Assembly (NCBI GenBank): GCA_963796965.1 | Contig: CAWCNS010000009.1 | Coordinates: 384,001 to 448,000 of the forward strand | Reading direction: 5' to 3' | DNA length: 64,000 nt | Origin: Calditrichia bacterium | Lineage (GTDB): Bacteria > Calditrichota > Calditrichia > JAJRVZ01 | Part shown: piece by piece, positions 29,988-41,286 of the stretch | How positions within the stretch are numbered: the first letter of the stretch is position 1 | Layout of the letters: each line of letters opens with the position of its first letter | The notes under the pieces: generated by a model | Database searches by the model: none | Told to the model about the DNA's origin: nothing | The model's input: the letters and a program-made list of their open reading frames with translations, nothing else | Translations under genes and position numbers: made by a program

Positions 29988-30467
29988 ATGAGAGTAGTAA
30001 TTTTTACAGCTTTTATTTTTAGTATGGTGTTGATATTTTCTTCTTGTGAATCTTTGCAAGATGGTCCACTTGCTGTGAAGAATGAGGAAGGCAATATGCT
30101 CAAACCATTGCCCACAGGTAAGCAAGTCAGGGTTTGCAAAGCAGTTTGCGAGGGCTGTAATGTAAAAGAGGTTTGCTGGACTGATAAGGATTTCAATTTA
30201 CCGGATTTTGAGACACAACCCTTTACAATCACCTCTGTAGAGTTATGCCTGGTTTCTTCAAGTGAAACAGCGAATTTATGTGCCGGACTTTTTGGTGAAT
30301 CCTACACAGAAGCAGCAGGTGATTGTCAGTTACCAACCACATTTCGATGGGAAGGTGAATATCCTGAAGAACATCCTTTCTATGATGGTTTTAGCATAGG
30401 GGTTAACTCAGATGAGATTCTTGCCGACGTTGAAGCCGTATGTTCCATAACCTATGTTGTGCACTAA
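29988..30467 (+). CDS. Cysteine-rich hypothetical lipoprotein
   Basis: AGGAGG RBS, lipobox FSSC and 8 further Cys. Confidence 0.7.
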   Translation: MRVVIFTAFIFSMVLIFSSCESLQDGPLAVKNEEGNMLKPLPTGKQVRVCKAVCEGCNVKEVCWTDKDFNLPDFETQPFTITSVELCLVSSSETANLCAGLFGESYTEAAGDCQLPTTFRWEGEYPEEHPFYDGFSIGVNSDEILADVEAVCSITYVVH

Positions 30468-30641
30468 TTTTACTAAAAGGCAGATTTCATCAAATTCCAC
30501 AGATGCAAAATTTGTCGTGTGAGCTTGATCACTGATTGATAAGACAATTTTGTTTAATTTTGTATATATTTATTTGCATTTAATTAGAAATATGTAATAC
30601 CTTGGGGCTAATTGAATATTTATATCAGGGGAGAGATAAAA

Positions 30642-31328
30642 ATGAAAAAATATATTTTGTTTGCTATACTTATACTTAATCTGGCTGTTTTCTCGGTTCT
30701 ATTTTCTGAACCTTCTTTTAATGGAAGTACAGCAGGATGTGCCGGCGGCAATTGTCATAGTTTTAAGGCAGGTATTGTTTCGGCAATAACACAATCTAAC
30801 CTGCAGGTAGAGGTTACTGTGTCAGGTGTGTCTCCGGGTAAGAAGGTCGGAGGTGAATTGGTCGATGGGGGCGGAACTGTAGTAGATGTGATTCAAAACA
30901 CTTCAAGTAATCCCTTTATTTTAACTGCACCTTCAGCTGGAAATTATCGAATAAATGCAGGCTATAAGGAGCCAGATAAAGATTGGGATAGTGTTTCAGT
31001 TGCTCTTGGGGTTACCGACATTTCAGATCTGGGCAGAAATTTGATTCCAGAAAAAATAGCCTTACTCGGTAATCATCCAAATCCCTTCAACCATGAGACG
31101 ATAATTAAATTTTCACTGCCTCAGCAGAATGATGTAAAATTAATGATTTTTGATATTAATGGTAAACTCGTTCGCAATCTGAGTGAGAACACCTATAACG
31201 CCGGGATTCATAATGTTCGCTGGGATGGTCGTGGCAATTCCGGTAAGGTGGTTGCCTCCGGTATATATATTGTGAGGATGAATAGCGGGAACAGACAATT
31301 CAGCCACAGAATCCTTCTATCCAAATAG
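30642..31328 (+). CDS. Secreted protein with CX4CH motif and C-terminal FlgD-Ig (secretion-sorting-like) domain
   Basis: Signal peptide, CAGGNCH, NHPNPFN..T.IKF.LP..IFDING..V, WDG...VASGIY. Confidence 0.85.
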   Translation: MKKYILFAILILNLAVFSVLFSEPSFNGSTAGCAGGNCHSFKAGIVSAITQSNLQVEVTVSGVSPGKKVGGELVDGGGTVVDVIQNTSSNPFILTAPSAGNYRINAGYKEPDKDWDSVSVALGVTDISDLGRNLIPEKIALLGNHPNPFNHETIIKFSLPQQNDVKLMIFDINGKLVRNLSENTYNAGIHNVRWDGRGNSGKVVASGIYIVRMNSGNRQFSHRILLSK

Positions 31329-31348
31329 GTTTAGATTACCCTTTACTT

Positions 31349-31514
31349 TAACCGCAAGGACGCTAAGGAGACGCAAAGTACGCAAGGATTTTTATACCTT
31401 TTTGAATCATGAATTATTTAATCTCTTGTGCCGAATGGATATCGACACCTTAATCGGAATATGTTTTTTATAATTCATTGCGCTCTTTGCGCATCCCTTG
31501 CGTCTTTGCGGTTA
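31349..31514. repeat. AACCGCAA-type long inverted-repeat element
   Basis: 37-nt arms at 31349-31385 and 31478-31514, 30/37 complementary, between convergent genes. Confidence 0.8.
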
Positions 31515-31590
31515 GTTTGTAATCGTGGGAAAAGCAATAGTAAAATGATTTATTGCATAATGATGTGATTATTGAAATGTATATCGGATA

Positions 31591-33734
31591 CTATTCCGGT
31601 AACATTTGCTTTTTCAATGCTTCGAAATGGTCGTTAACAGCAACCTCTTTGGTCAAATCCCAGATGGAAGTATTCATCTCCCGCAAGGCCAGGATTGACG
31701 TAATCCACCCTTGAGTCCAACCGCTTTCGATGCACCAGGCACCCCAACCATGATCGGCGTTGCAGCCCCAGTGCTCATATCGGCCAAAATCAAAAGCGCG
31801 AAACCAACCCCCATGTAATTGTTTATGCGCTTCAGAATAAACTTGAATACGGCATAAAAATTCTGCCAACTTGTCTACAGCTTCCTCAATCTTGGGATCT
31901 CCGGTTGCATAGGCCGCTTCGTGAAGACCCAGAAAGGCAAAATTTGTTGTGTAAAGAAGATCGCTGACTAAATCCCCATTTTTTCCGATCAAAGATGCTT
32001 CATTCGTGCCATATGCCTCATTAGTTTGGGGAGGGGGATATCTTCCCATCTTTAAATCACCTAGTTCTTCACGTATGGCACCACAATCGTCCTGCAATTT
32101 TAAAAGATCTTTAATTATTGTAAGCAGCATTGCTTTATTTTCCGGGATATCCTCTACCCTTACCAGCCAGGATAAGGGTAGTATCATTCGTGCCTTTTCC
32201 TGTGCGATTCCATTGGTCCATTTCCAGCCGTCCGGATAATTATCCATGGTTATCTTGATGGCCTTTTTCGCTTTATCCAGGAAAGGTGCAAAACCCGTTT
32301 TGTCATAAGCCCACAAGTAACAAGCCCAAAGATAGGCCTCATAATGGGGGGCAATATTAATAATATCACGCTTAGAATAGTATTCCCAGCCGTTTTTTGT
32401 AAAATCCGGCAGATCGATACGGTTGCCTCTGAATCCGTTGATGCCGGTAGTACGCAATTGGGCAATTAGGATTTTCATTATGGTTTCATCCCATTGCCGG
32501 GATTTATTTATCGCCGCTGCAACCATCGTTGACAACAAAACCCGGGCGTTATCGTCACCATAATTCAGCTTTATACCAGGCATAATTAGAAATCCCCCAG
32601 GGCGTTAGTCCGTAAGCACCATGGTTGGGATCAACCCATTCATTTTCTCCTGCCGGAGAATTATAAAAGTAGTAATCCAGCAGGTTCGTGGATATTTTTC
32701 GCCACGCATTATTTTTCAATAGATCCCCAGCCAAGGCAAAAGTCATCGCTGTTTCACTAATACAATCTCCCCTCTGCGACGTACCGATCGGCTGGCTTCC
32801 ATCCTCATCTATCACAGACATGATCGCCTCCATGGCACCATAATGGCCATCACCAAGTGGCAGCGATTCATTCCATTTTATCAAACCAACCTGATTGGGT
32901 CCGATTACACTATCGATATAGGATTCATGAACCAGCATTCCGGCCTTGAGATACCATTCCGTTCCCCGCTTCACACTTTTTTTTTGGTAATTGGCGGGAA
33001 GTTCCTCCTCCTTACTATAATAGGGTCGGACAGAGGAGTTCCAACTTATCCTGATAGGTTCGGCATCAGGGAGTAAATAAGAAATAATTTGCTGCCAAAC
33101 ATGTGTCCATTCTTGCTTCGGTGCATAGCGGCCCCGTATTGGACGACTGAAGCAGGTCGTAGAAACAAGTACAGAAACATCAGGCAATTCAAAAAGGAGA
33201 GGAGATATTTTATCCGGCAAACCGTAGACAGCGGTATCAAATCCTGCAATTCGACCTGCAACTATATGACTTTTCTGAACATTTACCGGGAGATAATTCA
33301 AACCATTTATCACTAATATGTCAAGACTGTCCGGTGAGTCGTTAAAAAAATCCGAGTTCACAACAGCCCTTTCCAGAGAAGTGTGGACTGGCGGACCTGT
33401 TTCAATGCCAGGCAACCAGGAAGGATATTCCAGGAAAACGCGAAGATTTTTTTGATCGACAAGATCAAAAAAATTGCTGGAAACATCTGTTCTTTTTTCC
33501 GGGTATCCATCGGCCAAAACAAAAATAGCTTCGCCGGTTGAGGCATTATGCGCAGCCTTCATTGGCGAATCATAACGCTTTACCACAAGATTATTCTGAG
33601 AGATCAAAATGCCATAGATCTCATTATTGGCTTGTGCAGAGACATGGACGATATGAACCGGATTCGAACAACTTAACATGATAGAATTAAGGAAAGAAAC
33701 TTAATAATAAGATTATAAAAAGTTTGGATTTCAT
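31591..33734 (-). CDS. Hypothetical lipoprotein, probable alpha/alpha-toroid glycosidase-like (2 frameshifts)
   Basis: ORFs 32555-33679 and 31591-32583 join near 32570 (YGDDNAR). The signal peptide starts at 33734. Trp/Tyr-rich helical repeats. Confidence 0.6.
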
Positions 33735-33741
33735 AAGCACT
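33697..33741 (+). repeat. 45-bp direct repeat, copy 1
   Basis: AAACTTAATAATAAGATTATAAAAAGTTTGGATTTCATAAGCACT; 43/45 identical to 35278-35322. Confidence 0.9.
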
Positions 33742-33791
33742 GAAAGAAAAAGGTTTGTTTTTAGATTCAGTCAAATGGAAAGGAATAAATT

Positions 33792-35299
33792 ATGAAAAGA
33801 TATTTAACACTCTATATAGTCTTTTTATTCTGGGGATGTTATTCCAGTTCCTTTAAGCAGAAAGCAAACATTCCTGCTATTAATCAACGGATTCTTATAA
33901 ATGAAGAACTAACTTTCATTTCACCTGGGGAAAATGAGTATATGCTAACAGTAGAGCGGATGGACTCTCTGCATCTGGAGGGATCAGGGAAAATGAGAAA
34001 AAACAGCATCTCCGAATGGGAAAACTACGAGGGAATCATTCCTATCGACAGCATTGAGATTTTATGTTTTAGCGAAAAGGATGTTGGGAAAAGCCTTTTG
34101 ATCAATACGGCGGTATTGACCCTTTTAGTAAAAGGTTTACAGGCCGATGCGGGACCGTATAATCCGACTGTTGAACTTGTATACCCGCCGGGGGCGGATC
34201 CTGCCCATATATTTATGACTGGCAGGCTGATCAGTACGTTTTGGAAGGTGAGGCATTTGGTATTGCTTTGGGAAAAGCACGGGAAATGATCACTTGCACC
34301 GTTTTGTCTGCACTCAATACAACTGAACAGAATTTAAAGGTCCGGATTACTAATGAGCGACCGGAGACACACTTTTTCAATACAATAGCATTACAAGCTG
34401 TAGAGATTGATCAAAAAGCAAAAATTTTTGCAGATAATGATCAGGACCTCTGGCCTGTTTATACACCGAAAAAACCAATAGTGCCCTGGATAATACCGGA
34501 AAAAATATTTTATCAAGGATCAGTGATAATGACAATATTTATTGGGAATCTGACCTTGATCTTCCAACTTTGTATTCTGATTTTGAAGATTTAATTGAAA
34601 TAACCTTTAATCGTCCAGCGGAATCTCAGCAGGGATCAATAATTATCAGGGCGATCAATACCTATTTCGGAAATCTGGTCTTTGAAAAACTTTTTGAATT
34701 CCTGGGAGATCAGTCATTGTCCTTTATGTATGCCATAGAAAATGATCAGGAAGTTATACAACTGTTACAGGATTGGACAATTGAAAGTTGGTTAAAAGTA
34801 TCTGTATGGAACGGATCATCCTGGCTGCCCTGTGGTATATTGTATCCTGAGGCAAATGCTACGCCTTTTTCACGACTTGTCAGAATAAACATTCCTGCAG
34901 GGATTGGTAATACAGTAAAATTACGACTAACCGCGTTAGCAGATGTATGGAAAATTGATGCGGTCAGCCTTGACTGGACAGAGGTAAAAAAACTTGATAA
35001 AGAGCTAGTTCCGTTAATATCTGTAGATGGGCAATTATCAGAAAACCAGCTCGAATTAATTCATGAAAAAGACGATCAGTATGCGATTCTTCTTCCCTCA
35101 CAGAATATAGACCTGACCTATGCAAAACTAGAGGCTCTACTGGGAAAAAACTCTGTTATGCTTTGGATGTGGGTGGTTATTTATATGAACGGTTTCTGAA
35201 AAAAAGAGCGTATCCATATTTGCTGGTTTTGGGGATCTTATTTACAATGACAGAATCGGATTTGTTAAATATCTGTTAAACTTAATAATAAGAGTATAA
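33792..35299 (+). CDS. Hypothetical lipoprotein (several frameshifts; 3' end runs into the direct repeat)
   Basis: Lipobox FWGC; collinear ORFs with SCPYIY, EGEAFG, TNERPETH and DVGGYLYE. The stop at 35297-35299 lies inside repeat copy 2. Confidence 0.65.
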
Positions 35300-35322
35300 A
35301 AAGGTTGGATTTCATAAGCACT
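35278..35322 (+). repeat. 45-bp direct repeat, copy 2
   Basis: AAACTTAATAATAAGAGTATAAAAAGGTTGGATTTCATAAGCACT. Confidence 0.9.
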
Positions 35323-35338
35323 CAAAGGTTGAAGGTAA

Positions 35339-35575
35339 TCATTTGGCTTGACTCAATCTTTTCAAAATCAAAACCCCGGCTATCAAATAAACTACGGCCG
35401 CAATGCCTGGTCCCCACATGTGTGGGATAACCAAGATAAATTTAACAGTTCTTGAAGCCGGGAAGAACTCAGATCGCAAGTAACTGGTTGCGATACAAAA
35501 TAGGACCAAGAAAAGAAAGAATGTGCCCAATTCCTTTTTAGTTTTACTTTTCATCTCAAGAGTTCTTGTATTCAT
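35339..35575 (-). pseudogene. Small membrane ORF resembling the N-terminus of a CPBP/CAAX-protease family protein
   Basis: Two TM segments and MWGPGIAA, with no EExxWRG catalytic region. Only 78 aa. Confidence 0.45.
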
Positions 35576-36718
35576 TATAACGACTCAATCGGAATAATTG
35601 TGAGACAACAATGATGTTTTTCAGATGTATAAACCACATATAGTTTGCCATCATACTCAATGGCGCAGGGATACGACCATTCCGGTCCAGTTTGAAGAAC
35701 TTCACTTTTGTCTTCTCTTATTTTCCATATTCTTGAAAACTGCTCTTTACCTGGCTGGCTAACGGCTAAGGTAAGCAAATCCCGATACCCATCAGACACC
35801 AAATTTGCAAACACATAGTTTTGTCCTGTATTTAAGGTACCCGCATAGATTTTTGATGAGGCAAAAGGGAAATTATGTTGATACGGATCAGACCAGGTTT
35901 GTCCATAGTCATCGCTTAGAAAAAGCAAAGGACATTCCGAATGATTTCTGATAAAGGCCGTAATATGATTTTCTTTTGCAATAACCGTTGTTTCAGGAAA
36001 GTCAGGTCTATCCCCACATGGCAATTTATCATTATAGTTCAGAGGAATAATATCCCATTGCTCAGTGATTTTATCGCCCCGACTGATAGCAACCGCAGGA
36101 ATCGTTGGTTTTTGTCCAATCTTATTCGCCATCCGCCCTGCCATGATAAAATTACCATTATCCATTTTTACTGGCGCACAGTTTGGCAGAAATGGTCCGC
36201 TTATAAAGCCATGACTGTTCCAGGAATTATTTGACTCATCTAATATAAAAACTTCACACCGCGTAACCAGGTCAGGACCGTCTTCCATATTTGAAACAAA
36301 TGCATATAAAATATCTTTGTAAGATAAAAAAGTGGCCGGCACATACATAATACCTTTTTTTTCCTTGTCGTGAGCAATGATTTCCACTTCTGACCATGTA
36401 AGTCCCCCATCCCGAGACCTCCGCCCGCGTATAAGAGAGGTTCCTTGCATTTCACCAGAGGGGCAATTATACCAGGCAGAATAAAGAATATTCTTGTGCT
36501 CGACAATGGCTGCATCATGCAAAAAGTTATAGACTATCCAAACCGGCACGGTGCACCATTACGTCTACCACACCTTCCGGATAGTGGAGGTTCTCTACAT
36601 TAGGAAATGATATAGTCTTATCCCATAGAACATACATAGTATCCTCTGTATCCTGAGCACAGGTAAAGGTGGTAACACTTAATAACCCCAGAAACAAGAG
36701 GACAATATGACTATTCAT
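35575..36718 (-). CDS. BNR/Asp-box exo-sialidase-like protein (frameshift near 36535)
   Basis: Signal peptide in 36527-36718; Asp-boxes SRDGGLTW and SDDYGQTW; C-terminal WSYP..LYVVY. Confidence 0.8.
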
Positions 36719-36856
36719 CTTAGATTGCTTTCCGCAAATGATTTTGAGATTATTCTAATTAATGGGTCGGACCGAGCACAATCCCATTATAGTGACTTTC
36801 CAATGATTGAATATAGTACTTGGTTATGTCGGCACTCGGCATCCCACCAGGTCTTT

Positions 36857-38554
36857 TCACTTACTCATTAAATATTGATCTTTTAGGTTATAAACATATT
36901 TTTCCCAAACACGTTCGAACTGATCATTTGCAACCACCGGTTTTTTTATCATCATTTTACTGAGTTTCTTCTGTCGTTTTGATATACCTGCTTTTGAATA
37001 CATCTGAAGGGCAAACTTAGAAAAATCCCTCACCATAAAATCAAATATTTGATTGACGATATCATCTTCTATGTTATAGATTTTCGCATTCTCAAGAATT
37101 AACTGTCCATAGACAACCATGGTGAAGAGTTCCCCCAGATTAAGAAGAAATTCGATATCTCTTTGCTGTGCCTTATTTGGTTTTGCAAGGACAAGGAATA
37201 ATTTAAGCAACCTGATCTGTTTTTTGAAGATTTTCACATTGGAGACATTTCGACTATTGTAGGCAATACTGTAATCATGGAAGCGGATTTTTCGTAACCC
37301 GCGGGTGGGTCCCTGATTAAAAAGAAAATCGTCGTTTTTAGGTTCTGACTGTTTTCCGACCTCAGAAAATTTCTCCGGTTTAAAGAAGTAATTGACAATA
37401 AATTTTACAATCAGGGCCACATTTACATGAACAGTACCTTCCAGTTTTGGTAATGCCCGGATATCACGGACGGCCATTTCGAAATACGTATCCTTTTCAA
37501 AACCTTTGGCAGCAATCACATCCCAAAGAAGGTTCATCACCTCTTCACCTTGGGTTGTTACTTTCATCTTGACGACAGGATTGTACAGTAAATAACGTCT
37601 GTCCTCCAGGGATGCGACACGCATATAATCGGCTGTCCTCAAAGCAAAAAGTTTCATGGCCACAAGACGGGCATATGCCTCGGTAAATAATTGCTTCACA
37701 TGGGGAAAATCTGTCACGTACATATTATAGAGATTACGCGTAGCCGCGTGATCGATTGCTTCATAAAAAGAATGTGTACAAATGCCAATGGATGCCCACC
37801 CCAGATTGTACTTACCCACATTAACCGTATTTAGAACCATATCCCAGGCCTCCTGCCCTTTTGCCAGGATATCCTCTTCTGCGATGGGATAGTCATTCAG
37901 AGTATATTCAGCCACATAGCTTTGGCTGGCGACAATATTTTTAACACAATCGTACTTCTCATGCAGGTAATTGGCGACAAAAAATACATAGTCGCCGGAA
38001 TCAGCCATTTTGCCAAAGGTTGATACCATCTTGGCGATATTGCCATTCCCTATATAATATTTTGAACCATTGGCTTTATAGGTACCATCTTTTTGTGGGG
38101 TTAGCGACATTTCAGATGAATAGATATCGGCGCCATGTGCCTTTTCGGATAAACCAAAGGCAAACACTTCACCTTCATTGAGAAGATCTACAGCTGTTTT
38201 TTTTAATGCCTCATTTTCTGTCATCCAAATGGGACCAAGACCGAGTATCGATACCTGCCAGGTATACCAGTAAGCCAAACCGTAAAACGCCAGCAGTTCA
38301 CTATAATGCGCAATTCGCCAGGTGCTCCAGCCTGTTCCCTCATCACCATAATCAGATGGCATAAGAAGCGTAGCAAAAATTTTTTCCTTCTTTACGAAAT
38401 CAAGAAAATCTGAATACCAGATTCTTTGATGATCATCTTCTTTTATTTGCTCTAATCCTTTTTTTTCGAAGAAATCTATCGTCTTTTGGATAATTTCCTG
38501 AAATCTTTTATCCGGATGCTCTATAGTATATTTTTTGGGATTAAGAAGAAGCAT
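36857..38554 (-). CDS. Acyl-CoA dehydrogenase
   Basis: FGLSEKAHGAD, NGSKYYIGN, KLEGT. A GGAG RBS precedes ATG 38554. Confidence 0.9.
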   Translation of the reverse strand: MLLLNPKKYTIEHPDKRFQEIIQKTIDFFEKKGLEQIKEDDHQRIWYSDFLDFVKKEKIFATLLMPSDYGDEGTGWSTWRIAHYSELLAFYGLAYWYTWQVSILGLGPIWMTENEALKKTAVDLLNEGEVFAFGLSEKAHGADIYSSEMSLTPQKDGTYKANGSKYYIGNGNIAKMVSTFGKMADSGDYVFFVANYLHEKYDCVKNIVASQSYVAEYTLNDYPIAEEDILAKGQEAWDMVLNTVNVGKYNLGWASIGICTHSFYEAIDHAATRNLYNMYVTDFPHVKQLFTEAYARLVAMKLFALRTADYMRVASLEDRRYLLYNPVVKMKVTTQGEEVMNLLWDVIAAKGFEKDTYFEMAVRDIRALPKLEGTVHVNVALIVKFIVNYFFKPEKFSEVGKQSEPKNDDFLFNQGPTRGLRKIRFHDYSIAYNSRNVSNVKIFKKQIRLLKLFLVLAKPNKAQQRDIEFLLNLGELFTMVVYGQLILENAKIYNIEDDIVNQIFDFMVRDFSKFALQMYSKAGISKRQKKLSKMMIKKPVVANDQFERVWEKYVYNLKDQYLMSK

Positions 38555-38687
38555 AATCAATTTCTCCAAATATATCTTTATTAGCCTTATCTACGTACAA
38601 ATTTTTCACGCAAAGGCGCTAAGCCACCAAGAAAATAAATACAAAATAACAAATACAAACTACAAGATATTATTATTTAAATTCGAT

Positions 38688-38914
38688 CATAAGTGTCCGG
38701 TTAAAAAAAATCATCAATGCTACAACTAAAAAACTCATCCCCAAACCCCTTCTCTTGTTGTAAAAGTGAAGGGGCTCCTTAAAGTCCCTCTCTTTTCAAG
38801 AGAGGGATTTAGGGTGAGTTCTTCAAATCAAGTCCCAACTTAGGGGAACTAACAAAATCTAATGATACTCCGGTGTTTATTAATAGATATCAAAATCTTA
38901 ACCGGACACTCATG
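38688..38914. mobile_element. MITE with 17-bp terminal IR and 9-bp target duplication (IS4-like ends)
   Basis: CATAAGTGTCCGGTTAA / TTAACCGGACACTCATG (16/17), flanked by AAATTCGAT and AAATTCGAC. Confidence 0.8.
38732..38820. repeat. Two-hairpin REP-like unit inside the MITE
   Basis: Outer AACTCA / TGAGTT, with inner stems CCCCTTC / GAAGGGG and TCCCTCTCTT / AAGAGAGGGA. Confidence 0.75.
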
Positions 38915-38937
38915 AAATTCGACACAAAATAATGATG

Positions 38938-40219
38938 TTAATTGTCGACATAGTTGATTAAGGTCTCCAGATAGCGTGATTTTACCTGCTGATGAGCCAT
39001 AACTTGCTTAATAGGGGGAAGTTTCAGAATAACGCCCAAAACACCAGCCATTGCCCGATGATGCCACAATACCCGGTTGTCAAAAATCAGATCCTGCAAA
39101 TTTCCCCGCTCAATTGCCATTACCACCGCCCGGTGGGTGCCATTTAACGGCGTTATCACCCTTGCTGATCTGGATTCTAAACTGAGTCCATCTTTCGGGC
39201 AGGCCCTCACACATACCCCACAACCCAAACAAAGATCTTCATCCAATCTGGCTACATTCATTTTAGGTCTTATTGGATCGTTAGCCGATACCAATGTCAT
39301 CGCCTCCACCGGACATACGTTCACACATTTACCACAACCATTGCAATCCGATTCGGATATTACGGGTATAAAGTTTGTTGTATGAACAGGATTTAGGATG
39401 GCGAAACGGCGGGCAGCAATCATCGCCTCACAACAGCATCCACAGCAATTGCAGATAAAATTCACACTTTCTCTAACATTTTCACCAAATTGAACCAGAT
39501 TATTTTCATAAGCCATCTCGAGGAGATCAAGACATTCTTCAACTTCTATCGAACGGGCATAACTATGTTTTATCAGCGATGCAGCGGTGTTATTAAAAGT
39601 CATACAAATATCCATTGGTGCATCGCATGATTTACCCACATGTTCCATTTTATGACGGCAGTAACAGATTCCAACACCTCTGTGTGATGCACCTTTAATA
39701 ACCTCTGTAGCCCTTTCATAATCCAGGACATGCAGGGCATTTTCATTCGAAAGCACCGGCTCATTTACAAAGGTACGTCCTAACTGTGTTTCACCTCGCG
39801 TGAATAGATCACGGATAAAATCTTCTTCCACATTCATATATTCATAAAAGAGCTCGCTGAGAATCTTTTGATCAATATCCTGGCGTATACGCATCAGGGA
39901 AAACTCAAAAAATCCAGCCATCGGTGGTGGCAGAGCTGTATACGGATTGTCCATTCTGCTCGACGTCAACCAGAATGGCCCGGCCAGCCAATTCATCCAG
40001 GATCTTTTGCGTGCTGGTCAGATCCATCTTCCAGATGCGACTGGCTTTTTCTGCGGTGAAAGGTTTGATAGGCAGGAGCGAAACAAGCCCGGCTTCTTTT
40101 TCACTAAACAACATGCTCAGGATTTTGAACAAGAGCTCCGAAGGAGGTGCACCCTGGGGGAAGCGATTGAGTCGTTCTGACAAGCGTGAATAATCGGACT
40201 TTATTGTATTATGAGCCAT
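38938..40219 (-). CDS. 4Fe-4S dicluster domain protein (frameshift near 39930)
   Basis: CYCR, ICNCCGCCC, CNGCGKC...CP and CLGCGVC...CP. The N-terminus is in ORF 39905-40252. Confidence 0.88.
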
Positions 40220-40333
40220 TTTCAGATTTAACTGGTTTAAATCATTTGTCAATTTTCATTTTTGGGGAGAAACGATAACAGCTGTTTCATAGCATAAAAC
40301 TGCCGTACCACCACCCATAACTTGTTTCAGGAT

Positions 40334-40647
40334 CTATCGGCTTATCAAAAGATAGGTGCCGAGTATCAATCCCATCAAGGCAATAATAACACCAATATAT
40401 GTTGCAATCTTTGTCGTTCTTTTTTCTTCAGGTGTCTTTGGCCTGATTTGATCCTTATATTTTTTTTCGAGAGCTGCGCCAATACCACAACCTAAACCGA
40501 CACCGATAGCCGGTCCCAAGCTATGCCGATTGGTATGTTATCCATTAAAACACCTATGATTAATCCAATAGGCATGCCTATTCCAATTCCGGTACCAATA
40601 CCAACTCCCATCCAACGGCCTTCCGGGTACTTTTTTTCATCCTGCAT
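40334..40647 (-). CDS. Small glycine-zipper membrane protein (frameshift near 40520)
   Basis: MQDEKKYPEGRWMGVGIGTGIGIGMPIG... joins GPAIGVGLGCGIGAALEKKY..RPKTPEE. Confidence 0.7.
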
Positions 40648-40648
40648 A

Positions 40649-41032
40649 TTATATCTCCAATGCCAGAATTAAACATAATACCGTTAAGGTTACGGCAATA
40701 GGCGTCATTACCTTTTTCTCCGGACCACTCTTTGATGTTAAATTTCCCAAAGTACTTAATCCAAAGAGCACAACAAAAAACCAGGCAAGAATGTTCACCC
40801 CTAAATCCCATGTAAAAACTGATACTATTTTTGCCTTTTGTAAGAAAACCACTACTGCTAGAATAAATAAACAGGCAGATAGTAAACTGCCAATGCGCAA
40901 TTTTGGTGGAAGGATCCGGTGATTACCACCCCAAGCCATCTTACCAAAGGGTAAGCCCAATGCTAATAACAATTGGAAAATCATCATTCCCAAAAAGAGA
41001 GAAACTGCGATCCAAATGACATAGGATGTCAA
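40649..41032 (-). CDS. Hypothetical 4-TM membrane protein
   Basis: LALGLPFGKMAWGG motif; GGAG RBS before a TTG start. Confidence 0.75.
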   Translation of the reverse strand: MTSYVIWIAVSLFLGMMIFQLLLALGLPFGKMAWGGNHRILPPKLRIGSLLSACLFILAVVVFLQKAKIVSVFTWDLGVNILAWFFVVLFGLSTLGNLTSKSGPEKKVMTPIAVTLTVLCLILALEI

Positions 41033-41286
41033 TTGCTGATCTCCAAAATTTATAATATTTGTAGGTCATTAGATTGTCAGGGGATTAAATAAAATATTAA
41101 GTGATTGTCAAATCAAATACAATTACTATTTTTTTATCGTCTACATTGTGCCCATAAATTTACAAAAGAATACCAGGATAAATGTCCGGCATGTATGACA
41201 TTCTCATGGTAAATCCGATCCAGGATATGATGCTAACTGGGTATCATAGTAATTATTTTCATGGCACTATTCCCTTGAACACTATC

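Noticed and set aside
29894..30232. 112-aa minus-strand ORF
   Set aside because: It is antisense to a lipoprotein gene that has a strong RBS and lipobox.
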